The notes below the pieces were generated by a model that saw nothing but the letters and a program-made list of their open reading frames with translations, was not told where the DNA came from and ran no database searches. A stretch of DNA of 64,000 bases from an uncultured Acidobacteriaceae bacterium (GTDB lineage: Bacteria; Acidobacteriota; Terriglobia; Terriglobales; Acidobacteriaceae), in assembly GCA_963835725.1 (NCBI GenBank), contig CAWIGM010000003.1, positions 116,487-180,486 of the forward strand. Reading direction: 5' to 3'. Shown here one piece after another: positions 1 through 9,465 of this stretch. The translations under genes and the position numbers were made by a program. Numbering within the stretch: position 1 is the stretch's first letter; each line of letters begins with the position of its first letter.

Positions 1-1039
1 GGTCACACCTTCGCTGAACCACAACGCGCGTGTATCCATCTCGGCCTGGTAGTTAATGGGCTCCAGCGATTGCGGCCGAATCCGCTTCACGTTCCACAGG
101 TGGAAAAACTCATGCGCAGTCACGTCCGCAACAGGCATGTAGTCGGACCGGAGCCGCTCTGCGTTGACATCGATCGCCGTTCCGTAGGCGTGTTCCATAC
201 CGCCGCCCGCCGGTCCTCGTGGCAAGTGATAGAGAAACGTGTACTCGTCGAAGGGGCGATCCTGCATCCAATCGACCTCCGCATGCGTAATTTGCTTAAG
301 GACGGCGTCGATCTTCGCCATATCGTAGTCGGCAGGATTGCCATGTACGACAACGTGGTAGGTCGCTCCGTCCTGCTGGAAGGAAGACTGCTGAAAGATG
401 CCGACCTCGGCCGGGACTGTCGACTAGTTCGTCGTAATTTTTCGCGATGCCAACGGCTTCATCTACTTTGCCGGCGGGCGCGCCGCCCAGCACATGAACA
501 TCTCGCAGCTCCCACGTTGTGGGAACATCGAGCAATCGTATGCTCACCGGCTCTGACCTTAGCGCAGGTGAGTACATCAGCACCATCGCCCAATTGAAGA
601 AACCATGATCGGCATCCAATGAAGAACCGAACGGCCCCCCAGTGGCGAGGTGGATATCGTAGGCAACGACCACGCATCCGGCCGGTGCTGTGATCTCCCA
701 CTCGCTGGTCTTGGTATTTCTTACCGCGGTGGGGCTTCCTGTCGAGTCCTGGGCCGTGACTTTCTCAATGTTTTCCGCAAAGTCGCGCACTTGATAAAGA
801 GCGTTCCACACCGGCATGTTTAAAGAGCGTACGCCACTACCCTCGCGCAGCCGGACACTGACGTGAGCAACATGGTTGGCCGAGTCGGCCAGCGAAACGA
901 AGTACTCGGTCGGCGCAGGCTTGGGATTGATCGGCGACGAACAGGTGACTGGGGTTGAGGCGTACGCAGCAGTGGCAAATAACAAAGCTGCGATGAAAAC
1001 TCGGTCGGCAGAACGAAGAACGCTGCGAAGGAGACTCAC
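1..1039 (-). CDS. M61 family (glycyl) metalloaminopeptidase. The 5' part lies in the window and the gene runs off the window start. The frame is broken by an apparent 1-nt insertion near 408-415.
   Basis: ORF 296..1039 has a signal-like N-terminus. Manual minus-strand translation of 1..415 in the next frame continues as VPAEVGIFQQSSFQQDGATYHVVVHG...GGGMEHAYGTA...VTAHEFFHLWNVKRIRP, which carries an HExxH zinc motif typical of M61. Confidence 0.75.
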
Positions 1040-2463
1040 GCTGTGGTCGTCACCTCGTGGAGCGATTTGAGCTTCTGGGGCAATTTCTCGTATATCCCGC
1101 CAAAGCCTCCGTTCGACAGAATCGCAACGACATCCCCGTTCCGCAATTCGGGCGCAATCGCTTCTACGATCGCATCGGCGCTGGCTAAAAGGCGCGCCGG
1201 CCGGCCGTTGTTATTCAGATCAGCGACGACTGCAACCGGGTCGAGTCTTTCGTTCAGCGGTATCGCCTCAGACTTGAAAACGTCGGCCACGACCACCTGG
1301 TCGGCAATGCTTAGGCTTTGAGCCAATTCGTGCTGAAACACAGCGCGTCGCAGGGTATTAGAACGCGGCTCAAGAATCGCCCACAACCGGCGCCCCTGAT
1401 AGCGAGTGCGAACGGCCTTTAGCGTCTGGGCAATCGCAGTCGGGTGGTGCGCGAAGTCGTCGATGATCGTGATGCCATACATCTCTGCTTTCACTTCCAG
1501 ACGTCGCTTCACACTACGAAACGCTCGCAAAGCGGCGCTGATCGTGGATCTGTCGATACCGTAATTCGAGGCTATGGCAGCAGCGGCGGTCGCGTTCAGC
1601 ACGTTGTATTCGCCGGCCAGAGAGAACTCAAACTCCGCCCACGTTTCACCATTACGAAGTACCTTCCAGCGAGTACCCTCAGGCGAATAGTTGATGTCGA
1701 CGATGCGCCACGCAGACCCTTCAGCAAATCCGTATCGTTCGACGCGGCACAACGCGCGGCTCGAACACTCGTCGACGTTGGAATGGCCGTCCCACGCAAC
1801 CAGCAGTCCGCGCTGCGGAATCAGGTTCACCAGTCGCTTGAACGCCGTCTTTACCTCTTCGAGATCTTTGTAGATGTCGGCATGATCGAATTCAACGGAC
1901 GTAAGCACCACGGCGTCGGGAAAATAGTGCAGGAACTTCGGTCCCTTGTCGAAGAAAGCCGTGTCGTACTCATCGCCTTCGAGGATGAATTCGCGTCCTG
2001 AGCCGAGTCCGAAGGAACTTCCGAAATTCTCCGGAATGCCGCCGATCAGAAAACTTGGCGCGCGTCCGGCGTGATGAAAGATCCAGGCCAACATCGACGT
2101 CGTCGTCGTTTTGCCATGCGTTCCGGCTACAACCAGACGCTCTCTGTCGATCAGGAACTCGTCATGCAGGACCTGCGCCATCGACTGAAACGGCAGGCGC
2201 TGGTCCAGCACGTACTCGAGTTCGACATTGCCGCGCGAGATCGCATTCCCAACAATGACGAGATCGGGGCGGGGCTCGAGATTCGCCGCGCCGAAGGGCT
2301 GAGCGACCGGAATGCTCAGAGACGCCAGAAAGTCCGACATTGGCGGATATGCCGCAGCGTCGGACCCCGTTACCTTATGGCCAATCTGCTTCAGCATCCC
2401 GGCCAAAGAAGCCATCGCGGTGCCGCAGATGCCGATAAGGTGTATGTGTTTGGTTTTCGCCAA
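1036..2463 (-). CDS. mpl: UDP-N-acetylmuramate:L-alanyl-gamma-D-glutamyl-meso-diaminopimelate ligase (murein peptide ligase)
   Basis: 475-aa ORF with Mur-ligase motifs HLIGICGTAM, GTHGKTTTTSM (P-loop) and EGDEYDTAFFDK. Length and N-terminus are Mpl-like, and ldcA sits next to it. The start codon is TTG. Confidence 0.85.
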   Translation of the reverse strand: MAKTKHIHLIGICGTAMASLAGMLKQIGHKVTGSDAAAYPPMSDFLASLSIPVAQPFGAANLEPRPDLVIVGNAISRGNVELEYVLDQRLPFQSMAQVLHDEFLIDRERLVVAGTHGKTTTTSMLAWIFHHAGRAPSFLIGGIPENFGSSFGLGSGREFILEGDEYDTAFFDKGPKFLHYFPDAVVLTSVEFDHADIYKDLEEVKTAFKRLVNLIPQRGLLVAWDGHSNVDECSSRALCRVERYGFAEGSAWRIVDINYSPEGTRWKVLRNGETWAEFEFSLAGEYNVLNATAAAAIASNYGIDRSTISAALRAFRSVKRRLEVKAEMYGITIIDDFAHHPTAIAQTLKAVRTRYQGRRLWAILEPRSNTLRRAVFQHELAQSLSIADQVVVADVFKSEAIPLNERLDPVAVVADLNNNGRPARLLASADAIVEAIAPELRNGDVVAILSNGGFGGIYEKLPQKLKSLHEVTTTA

Positions 2464-2478
2464 CCGTAAATCCTTAAG

Positions 2479-3447
2479 CTACTGGTGCGCCGCTGAGCGA
2501 ACCTGCACTGCGGCGTCAAAGCCAAAGACGACATCTTCCCCTGCTGACAAACTCGCATGCACACCGAACGGGAGCGTCAACGCCCCGCTCGATACATGTC
2601 CGGACTTCAATCCGAAAACAACCGGCACCTTGATGTCGTCGAGCACTCGCATGATGACCTGTTGCAGCGTGTAGTCCAAGGCTCCGGGCTCATTGCAGTC
2701 GATCATCTCACCGAAGAGGATGCCTTTCACCCCGTCGAATTTTCTCGCCAGCTTCAACTGCACCAGCATGCGATCAATCCGATATGGCCTCTCGGCCCGA
2801 TCCTCGATGAACAGAAGGGTACCCTCGGTGCGTATCTCATATGGAGTGCCGAGCGAGGCGACCAGCAGCGACAGGCACCCGCCATACAGGGCACCTCGGA
2901 CGTCACCGGGACGCAATACCTGCAACTCTGCCGCGCTGAATTTTCGCTTCCATGACTCGCCCAAAGACACTGCCGCCTGCCAGTTCGCCTCGTCAACGCC
3001 GCCTCCGCTGCGAGCAAAATCACCCGCGACCATCGGACCATGAAACGTCACCATGCCCGTTGTGTCAGCAATGTACGTCAGCAGGGACGTCACGTCACTA
3101 CAGCCAACGAATATCTTAGGATTCGCGCGAATCAGTTCGAGGTCGAGACGCGGCAGAAGATAATTGCACCCATATCCGCCGCGTGCGCAGAGAATCGCCT
3201 TCACCTCCGGACGCGAAAACATCTCATGCAGCTCACGCACCCGCCTCTCGACCGATCCGCCGAAGTACAACTCGCGGTCAAAGATCGACGGCAGGTAGAA
3301 CGGCTTGTACCCCAGCCGTAACAGATGGGCGCAACCCGCTTCAAATTCGTCGCGGCGAAAGCCACTCGATGGAGCAATGATGCCGACGGTATCGCCGGAC
3401 TGCAGCGCCGCCGGACGGACGCGTTCTGGCTGGGAGAAGGTGGCCAT
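2479..3447 (-). CDS. ldcA: LD-carboxypeptidase (S66 muramoyltetrapeptide carboxypeptidase)
   Basis: 322-aa ORF. GDTVGIIAPSS N-terminus, VGCSDVTSL nucleophile elbow and a C-terminal GHV...LPFG motif are typical of peptidase S66. Confidence 0.8.
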   Translation of the reverse strand: MATFSQPERVRPAALQSGDTVGIIAPSSGFRRDEFEAGCAHLLRLGYKPFYLPSIFDRELYFGGSVERRVRELHEMFSRPEVKAILCARGGYGCNYLLPRLDLELIRANPKIFVGCSDVTSLLTYIADTTGMVTFHGPMVAGDFARSGGGVDEANWQAAVSLGESWKRKFSAAELQVLRPGDVRGALYGGCLSLLVASLGTPYEIRTEGTLLFIEDRAERPYRIDRMLVQLKLARKFDGVKGILFGEMIDCNEPGALDYTLQQVIMRVLDDIKVPVVFGLKSGHVSSGALTLPFGVHASLSAGEDVVFGFDAAVQVRSAAHQ

Positions 3448-3461
3448 GAGGAACGCTTATC

Positions 3462-4244
3462 TTAAATGAAAAACTCACCCCGGCAGAGTAGCGTCGCGGG
3501 TCCGGTGAGGAACACTTCGCGCTCCCATTCCACGGACTGGATGCCACCCAGCGTGTGTATCCGAACCGGTGATTTCGCTTTTCCGCCGTGAATCGATGCT
3601 ACGGCGGCGGCGCAGGAGCCCGTCCCTGACGACATCGTCTCACCTACGCCCCGTTCGCAGAAACGCACATCGATCTCGCCCGGGTTCAGAACCTTCACGA
3701 ACTCGACGTTCATGCCGTGCTTAAAGTCGTGGTGCTTCGAGATCTGCTCAGCCACAGTCTGCCAGCCGAGTTCGAACTCCGGCACGAATACCACGTAATG
3801 CGGATTGCCCATCGAAACCGGCGTGCCGGTAACTTCGCCGTAGGCGACCTTGATGGGAAATGGATCGCCCACCTCAGGCTCGCCCATGGAACTGCGAAAC
3901 TCGAAATTATTGCCGTCGCGCGCCTTCAACTCGCAGCTCTTCAGGCCAGCGCCCGTGCGGATCGCTACTGAACTTTGCTGGTGTTCGCTGCAAAACCAGG
4001 CCGCGACGCAACGCGTCCCGTTGCCCGATATCTCTGCCTCAGAACCGTCCGCATTCAGCAACCGTACACGGAGGTCAGCGTCAGAGGCGGGTAACACCCA
4101 TTCAACGCCATCAGCGCCCACGCCAGTGTGTCGATCGCATATACGGCGGGTGAACGCGTGAATATCCTGCGGTGCATGCGCGAAATCGATGATGAGGAAG
4201 TCGTTGCCGCAGGCAACTGCTTTGATGAAAGGGATGCTGGCCAT
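3462..4244 (-). CDS. dapF: Diaminopimelate epimerase
   Basis: ACGNDFLIIDF, ISGNGTRC, MGNPHYVVFV and SSGTGSCAA give both catalytic Cys motifs. I prefer the ATG at 4244 (MASIPFIKA) to the ORF-track start at 4280. Confidence 0.85.
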   Translation of the reverse strand: MASIPFIKAVACGNDFLIIDFAHAPQDIHAFTRRICDRHTGVGADGVEWVLPASDADLRVRLLNADGSEAEISGNGTRCVAAWFCSEHQQSSVAIRTGAGLKSCELKARDGNNFEFRSSMGEPEVGDPFPIKVAYGEVTGTPVSMGNPHYVVFVPEFELGWQTVAEQISKHHDFKHGMNVEFVKVLNPGEIDVRFCERGVGETMSSGTGSCAAAVASIHGGKAKSPVRIHTLGGIQSVEWEREVFLTGPATLLCRGEFFI

Positions 4245-4301
4245 AACCGGTGTACTGCGCGGATTGTAGCAAAGCCGCATGAGTTCCAGCAGTGCCCGAG
4301 C

Positions 4302-5963
4302 TCACTTCGAATCGGCAACTTTCGGCCTGTACACGGTGCAACTGGCTTGGGCCGGTGCTGACACGGTAATCAGTTCGGTGAACTGGTCGCGATGCTGATT
4401 GATCGCAGCCCATACCGGGTCTCCCGTGCATGCGACAGCGAAATCTGCGTGATGCGCCGGATCGAGCAGCGCAATCTCCCAGTCGGGGTGTTCGGCCTCC
4501 GAGATGACGTGCCGCAGAGGAATGCCCGCCAGTCGCAGCGCTCCGGCATGCTCTGCCTCGTACATCAGCAACGTCGCGGACGGAGGCAGTTGCACCAGAA
4601 CACCGGCCAGCCCCTGCTCCATCGAATTTCGATCGCGCGAGTTGACCTGGGCCTCCCGTAGCGTGAGCGGAGACTCGGCGTACGCGGAGATATAGCTGGC
4701 AGCGACAATCGCCGCTACAAGCACAATGGTCGCTGTTCGGACCTTGGCGCTTGCGCTTTGCACCAATCCCGTCGCCGCGAGTGCCGGGAAAACCGCGAAC
4801 ACCGGCAGCAATTCCAGTCCGTAGCGTACGTTGTAGTACGAGAACGGATACCACGCAGGGATGTAGATCGGCACATTGCCATAGGCAATCGAGAGCGAGT
4901 AGAAGGTTAGCGGCAGCCACAGCAACAGCAGAAATCCGTACCGGCGAAACCGCCACACGGCGATGGCAGTGCCGAGTAACGCCAGTACCAGCAAGAAGTG
5001 ACCCCAGAAGGCGCTACCCATGTTGAGCTGCGCAGACTTAAGAAAATACAGTCCGGCAGTGAACGGATGATCCTGCCCCGGATAAGGCGGCGCTCCCTTC
5101 GCGGTGGTGCGCATGGCTATGGCCTTCGCCGAGTACGGCCCATTGATGAAGTCGAGGGCATTCCCCGAAACCGCCCACGTGTAAACCAGCCAATAGACCG
5201 GCACCAACCCGTTAAGGAACAACACTTCCACGAACGACTTCGCCAGCGTGCGGCGCTGACGGGCATCCTGCATGCGACGATACAAAACCAAGAAGAGCCA
5301 TGTCAGCACCGGAATGAAGATCGCCGCCGAGAACCAGCCGTCGTAACGAGTGAGCGCTCCGCCATAAAGCATGATTCCGCAATACTCGAGTGAGCGCTTT
5401 GGCGTGAGCTGCGTTCCCTGCCCCCCACCATCCGGATGTGGCGGATACGTTGCGCGGAGGAACTCGTCGAGGTAAACCAGCGACCAGATAAAGAACGCGA
5501 GGAATATCGGCTCGTTCATCGCCGTGGTCTGCATGTAGAGCAGGTTAGGATTGAGGGAGTAAATCAGGGCCGCAACATAGCCAGCGAGGTGACCGGCCCG
5601 CGCTCGCACCAGGCGATAGATGCCCAGCGTACCAAGTACATAGGCCACCATGCCGGGGATGGCACCGGCAATCCCGCTCTGCCACAGCGTGTTGACCCAC
5701 ACGAAGGGCAGCATGGCGATGTGTTGCAGCGGAAGCCACACGGTGCCGAGCTGACCGTAGGACTGTATGGGATGACGATTGTCGACGACCCGGCGAGCGA
5801 TGTTCAAATGAGCGACTGCATCGCCGTACAGAAGGAGTTGCTGCTTGGCGTAGTAGTACAGCAGCGCACTGATCGAGATCACCGCCAGCAGCAGGGTGAA
5901 GCGCGCTTCGGAGCGCTGCTGCGTATAACGAATATCGAGAGCAGCACGATCAGCACGCTTCAC
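4302..5963 (-). CDS. Polytopic membrane protein, putative GT-C fold glycosyltransferase (PMT_2/ArnT-like)
   Basis: 553-aa ORF with many predicted TM helices in the N-terminal ~430 aa and a soluble C-terminal domain. Architecture resembles GT39/GT83. No unambiguous catalytic motif was identified by eye. Confidence 0.45.
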   Translation of the reverse strand: MKRADRAALDIRYTQQRSEARFTLLLAVISISALLYYYAKQQLLLYGDAVAHLNIARRVVDNRHPIQSYGQLGTVWLPLQHIAMLPFVWVNTLWQSGIAGAIPGMVAYVLGTLGIYRLVRARAGHLAGYVAALIYSLNPNLLYMQTTAMNEPIFLAFFIWSLVYLDEFLRATYPPHPDGGGQGTQLTPKRSLEYCGIMLYGGALTRYDGWFSAAIFIPVLTWLFLVLYRRMQDARQRRTLAKSFVEVLFLNGLVPVYWLVYTWAVSGNALDFINGPYSAKAIAMRTTAKGAPPYPGQDHPFTAGLYFLKSAQLNMGSAFWGHFLLVLALLGTAIAVWRFRRYGFLLLLWLPLTFYSLSIAYGNVPIYIPAWYPFSYYNVRYGLELLPVFAVFPALAATGLVQSASAKVRTATIVLVAAIVAASYISAYAESPLTLREAQVNSRDRNSMEQGLAGVLVQLPPSATLLMYEAEHAGALRLAGIPLRHVISEAEHPDWEIALLDPAHHADFAVACTGDPVWAAINQHRDQFTELITVSAPAQASCTVYRPKVADSK

Positions 5964-5978
5964 GAAAGCAGTCGCCTC

Positions 5979-6902
5979 TCAGTCCAGGTGCGTCAGTTCG
6001 CGGAAAGTGGCGAAGCGGGCATCAATCTCTTCGCGCGTCAGCGACTGCAGGCGTTCCGTGCCAAAGCGTTCGACCGCGAACGATCCCATGACGCTGCCGT
6101 AAAACATAGCGTGACGCAGCACGCGACGGCTGATCTCGCCCTGCGAGGCCAGATAGCCCATGAAGCCACCGGCGAAGCTGTCGCCTGCTCCGGTGGGATC
6201 GCGTACCTCATCAATCGGCATGGCGGGAGCGCGGAAAGGATGATCGCCGGCTCCAAATTCATGGTCGCGGAAGAAGATGGTCGCACCGTATTCTCCGTGC
6301 TTAATCACCAGCGCTCGCGGTCCCAGCTCCATCACCTTGCGAGCGGCGCGTGGCAGGCTGGTCTCGTCGGCCAGCATCTTGGCTTCACCATCGTTGATCA
6401 GCAGAATATCGACGCCCTTCAGCGTCTTGTCCAGGTTCTCGCGATGGCCGCTGATCCAGTAGTTCATGGTGTCCCCACCGACCATCTTCACCTTCTGCAT
6501 GTTGTCGCGCACACGCTTCTGCAGTACGGGGTCGATATTAGCGAGGAACAGATAGTCGGAGTTGTTGTACTCGTCAGGAATCGAAGGCTGAAAAGTCTCG
6601 AAGACGTTCAGTTCGGTGTTCAGGGTCTTAGCCTCATTGACGTTCTCGCCGTACTCGCCGGTCCAGTGAAAGGTCTTCCCTTTCGCGTGCTGGATGCCTC
6701 GCGTGTCGACCCCGCGCTTCTTCATCACATCTTCATTCTCCGCGCTAAAGTCCTCGCCGACGACGGCAACCACGCGTACATCGGTGAAGTAGCTGGCGGA
6801 AAGTGAGAAGTATGTGGCCGCGCCCCCCAGAATCTTCTGGCGCTCGCCGTACGGAGTCTTCAAGGTATCGAATGCAACCGAACCAACGACAAGAATGGAC
6901 AA
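5979..6902 (-). CDS. PfkB/ribokinase-family carbohydrate or nucleoside kinase
   Basis: 307-aa ORF. N-terminal VVGSVAFD and the C-terminal DPTGAGDSFAGGF PfkB signature. TTG start lies 3 nt after the MTAP stop. Confidence 0.75.
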   Translation of the reverse strand: MSILVVGSVAFDTLKTPYGERQKILGGAATYFSLSASYFTDVRVVAVVGEDFSAENEDVMKKRGVDTRGIQHAKGKTFHWTGEYGENVNEAKTLNTELNVFETFQPSIPDEYNNSDYLFLANIDPVLQKRVRDNMQKVKMVGGDTMNYWISGHRENLDKTLKGVDILLINDGEAKMLADETSLPRAARKVMELGPRALVIKHGEYGATIFFRDHEFGAGDHPFRAPAMPIDEVRDPTGAGDSFAGGFMGYLASQGEISRRVLRHAMFYGSVMGSFAVERFGTERLQSLTREEIDARFATFRELTHLD

Positions 6903-6905
6903 GGC

Positions 6906-7790
6906 CTATGCTCCCGCTTTCTGTTCGGAATCGAAATATTTGCCGACGAGCAGCCGTAGCCGCTCCAGCGTGGCCGCCGGGACTGCGCTCTTCTGCGTGA
7001 TGATGGCGTTCTTCAACGCCGACCCGCATTTGCAGGAGCGCGTCTTCGGCATCGCCGCAACGGCATGACGAACAACACTGCAGGCGTTTTCGGCATTCTT
7101 TACCAGCACACCGATAATCTGCTCCACCGTCACGGCATCGTGCTCTTCGTGCCAGCAATCGTAATCAGTGACCATGGCAACCGTGGCGTAGCAGATTTCG
7201 GCTTCGCGCGCCAGGCGCGCCTCGGTGAGATTGGTCATCCCGATAACATCAAGACCCCAGCTGCGATACAGGTTCGATTCCGCTTTGGTCGAGAACTGTG
7301 GGCCTTCCATATTGAGGTAGGCGCCGCCCGCCTTCGCATTCACACCTGCGCGTCCACATGCGTCGAACGCGACCTTGCCCAGGTCACCACAAACCGGATC
7401 GGCTAGACCGACATGAGCCACAATACCGTCGCTGAAGAACGTGTCGATCCGATGCCGCGTACGATCGATGAACTGGTCAGGGATGACGAAGTCCAGCGGA
7501 TGATGCTCTTCCTTGAGCGAGCCGACGGCCGACAGCGACAGGATGCGCTCCACACCAAGCTGCTTCATGCCATGAACATTGGCGCGATAGTTGATCTCGG
7601 TGGGTGAGAAGCGATGTCCGTTGCCGTGGCGCGACAGGAATGCGACCTTGCGGCCTTCGAGCGTGCCCAGCATGTAGGGATCCGATGGCTTGCCAAACGG
7701 CGTATCCAGTGAAACCTGTTGAACGTCACTGAAGCCCGGCATGGTGTACAGACCGCTGCCGCCAATGATGCCAATCTCTGCCTGCTGCAA
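6906..7790 (-). CDS. mtnP: S-methyl-5'-thioadenosine phosphorylase
   Basis: IGIIGGSGLY, FLSRHGxGH, EGPQFSTKAES and VIGMTNLTEARLAREAEICYATVAMVTDYDCW are characteristic MTAP/PNP-family motifs. Confidence 0.85.
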   Translation of the reverse strand: MQQAEIGIIGGSGLYTMPGFSDVQQVSLDTPFGKPSDPYMLGTLEGRKVAFLSRHGNGHRFSPTEINYRANVHGMKQLGVERILSLSAVGSLKEEHHPLDFVIPDQFIDRTRHRIDTFFSDGIVAHVGLADPVCGDLGKVAFDACGRAGVNAKAGGAYLNMEGPQFSTKAESNLYRSWGLDVIGMTNLTEARLAREAEICYATVAMVTDYDCWHEEHDAVTVEQIIGVLVKNAENACSVVRHAVAAMPKTRSCKCGSALKNAIITQKSAVPAATLERLRLLVGKYFDSEQKAGA

Positions 7791-7840
7791 CTAAAGCTCC
7801 TGGAATGTAGTGTGCAAACTCACGATTATACAGGCAGCGC

Positions 7841-7870
7841 GGAAAGCAAACGGCGCGCTCGAGGCGCGCC
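7841..7870 (-). terminator. Rho-independent terminator after nuoN
   Basis: Minus strand reads GGCGCGC-CTCGA-GCGCGCC followed by GTTTGCTTTCC, directly downstream of the nuoN stop. Confidence 0.6.
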
Positions 7871-7893
7871 GCGTAATTAAAAATCTGACGGGA

Positions 7894-9465
7894 TTATCGC
7901 AGCAGCGCCGCCATTCCCTGCGCATTCTGGGTCAGGCCCAGCGACCAGTTCACCGCGTTGATGAAGAAGTTCGGGAACAATCCGATCCCAACCGTTCCGG
8001 CCGCTGTGATCGTCAACGCTAATGTCATCGCCGGACGCAAGCGGACAGGGTCGGCTTCGACCGGTTGACGCATCAGCATCGCATTAGCAATGCGCATGTA
8101 GTAGTACAGGCCGATGACGGCGTACAACACTGCGACTGCCGCCAGGGTGTAGTGCCCAGTCTGAATCAGGCTGAGGAAGATGAAGTACTTGCCCCAGAAG
8201 CCAGCCAGCGGCGGAATGCCCGCCAGCGACAACAGGAAAAGCAGCATCAGCATTGCTTCTGTCGGTGCCTTGAAGAAGAGGCCGGCAATGTCGTCGATCT
8301 CATCCCCAATAATGTTGCGGCGACGTAGCGAGGTGATCACGGCGAACGCGCCCAGGTTCATGAAGGTGTAGACCAGCAGGTACAGAAGGATCGCCATGAT
8401 GCCGGTCGAATTGTTGGTACCGTCACTGGCGACCAGACCGAGCAGCATGTAGCCTACGTGCGCGATTGATGAGTACGCCAGCAGCCGCTTCAGGTTGGTC
8501 TGTGTCATGGCCGCGAGATTGCCGCCGGTCATGGTCGCGATGGAGACAAACACCAGCAGCGGCACATACATCGACCGCAACGGGTACAGAGCGAAGAGGA
8601 AGATGCGGAGCAACATTGCCCATCCCGCAGCCTTTACGGCAACGGACATGAAGCCGGTAACGCTAGTGGGCGCGCCTTCGTAGGCGTCGGGTGCCCACTG
8701 ATGGAACGGGACGGCTGCGATCTTAAAGAGCAGCCCTGTCGTCGTCGTCAGCAACGCGAAAATCACGATCGGATCGTTGGGGCGGGTCGCCAAAACCTGC
8801 TGTAAGCCTTCGGCGATTTTCCCCAGGTTGGTGCTGCCTGTCAGACCGTAAAACAAGGACAATCCGTAAGCGAAGATACCGGACGAGAACGCGCCCAGCA
8901 GCAGATATTTCAGGGCAGCTTCATTGGAGCGTTTGTCGCGACGGAGAAACCCGACGAGCACGTACGTCGAGATGGCCATAAGTTCAAGGCCAATGAACAG
9001 CAGCACGATATCGAAGCCGGATGCCATGCACATCATGCCGATGACCGCAAACAGCATCAGCGCATAAAACTCGCCGTGATTTTCCTGCTCGATTTCCAGG
9101 TACCGGATTGAGATGAGAACCGCAATGGCGGCACCGGCGAGAAATAAGTAAGAGAAATAGATGGCAAACGGATCGATAACCAGCGTTCCCATGAAGCCAG
9201 TGCCGGCGAAGGCGAGATGCTGCGACTGCGCTACGTGATAAGCCCATTGGAGCTTGCCCACCGCAGCGGCGGAGAATGCAATGCCAGCCAGCGCAATGAA
9301 GGCGTTCGCGCGCTTCCATTGTTTGGGCAGGAACAGATCGATCAGCAGGATGCCCAGCGCGAACAGCGTCAGCAGAAGCATTGGCAGCGCGAGCAGGTAA
9401 TCCGTGGCCGAAAAGAATTGTGTGAGCGGGGTGGTCACAAGATCCTCAGTTGGTAATGGCCGCAA
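7894..9465 (-). CDS. nuoN: NADH-quinone oxidoreductase subunit N
   Basis: 523-aa polytopic ORF with the ND2/NuoN motif FHQWAPDAYEGAPTSVTGFMS. Overlaps the nuoM stop by 20 nt. Confidence 0.9.
   Translation of the reverse strand: MRPLPTEDLVTTPLTQFFSATDYLLALPMLLLTLFALGILLIDLFLPKQWKRANAFIALAGIAFSAAAVGKLQWAYHVAQSQHLAFAGTGFMGTLVIDPFAIYFSYLFLAGAAIAVLISIRYLEIEQENHGEFYALMLFAVIGMMCMASGFDIVLLFIGLELMAISTYVLVGFLRRDKRSNEAALKYLLLGAFSSGIFAYGLSLFYGLTGSTNLGKIAEGLQQVLATRPNDPIVIFALLTTTTGLLFKIAAVPFHQWAPDAYEGAPTSVTGFMSVAVKAAGWAMLLRIFLFALYPLRSMYVPLLVFVSIATMTGGNLAAMTQTNLKRLLAYSSIAHVGYMLLGLVASDGTNNSTGIMAILLYLLVYTFMNLGAFAVITSLRRRNIIGDEIDDIAGLFFKAPTEAMLMLLFLLSLAGIPPLAGFWGKYFIFLSLIQTGHYTLAAVAVLYAVIGLYYYMRIANAMLMRQPVEADPVRLRPAMTLALTITAAGTVGIGLFPNFFINAVNWSLGLTQNAQGMAALLR

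Noticed and set aside
5436-6806. 456-aa plus-strand ORF spanning the GT-C membrane protein and PfkB kinase genes
   Set aside because: It is antisense shadow of two well-supported minus-strand genes. It crosses their intergenic gap and has no recognisable motifs.
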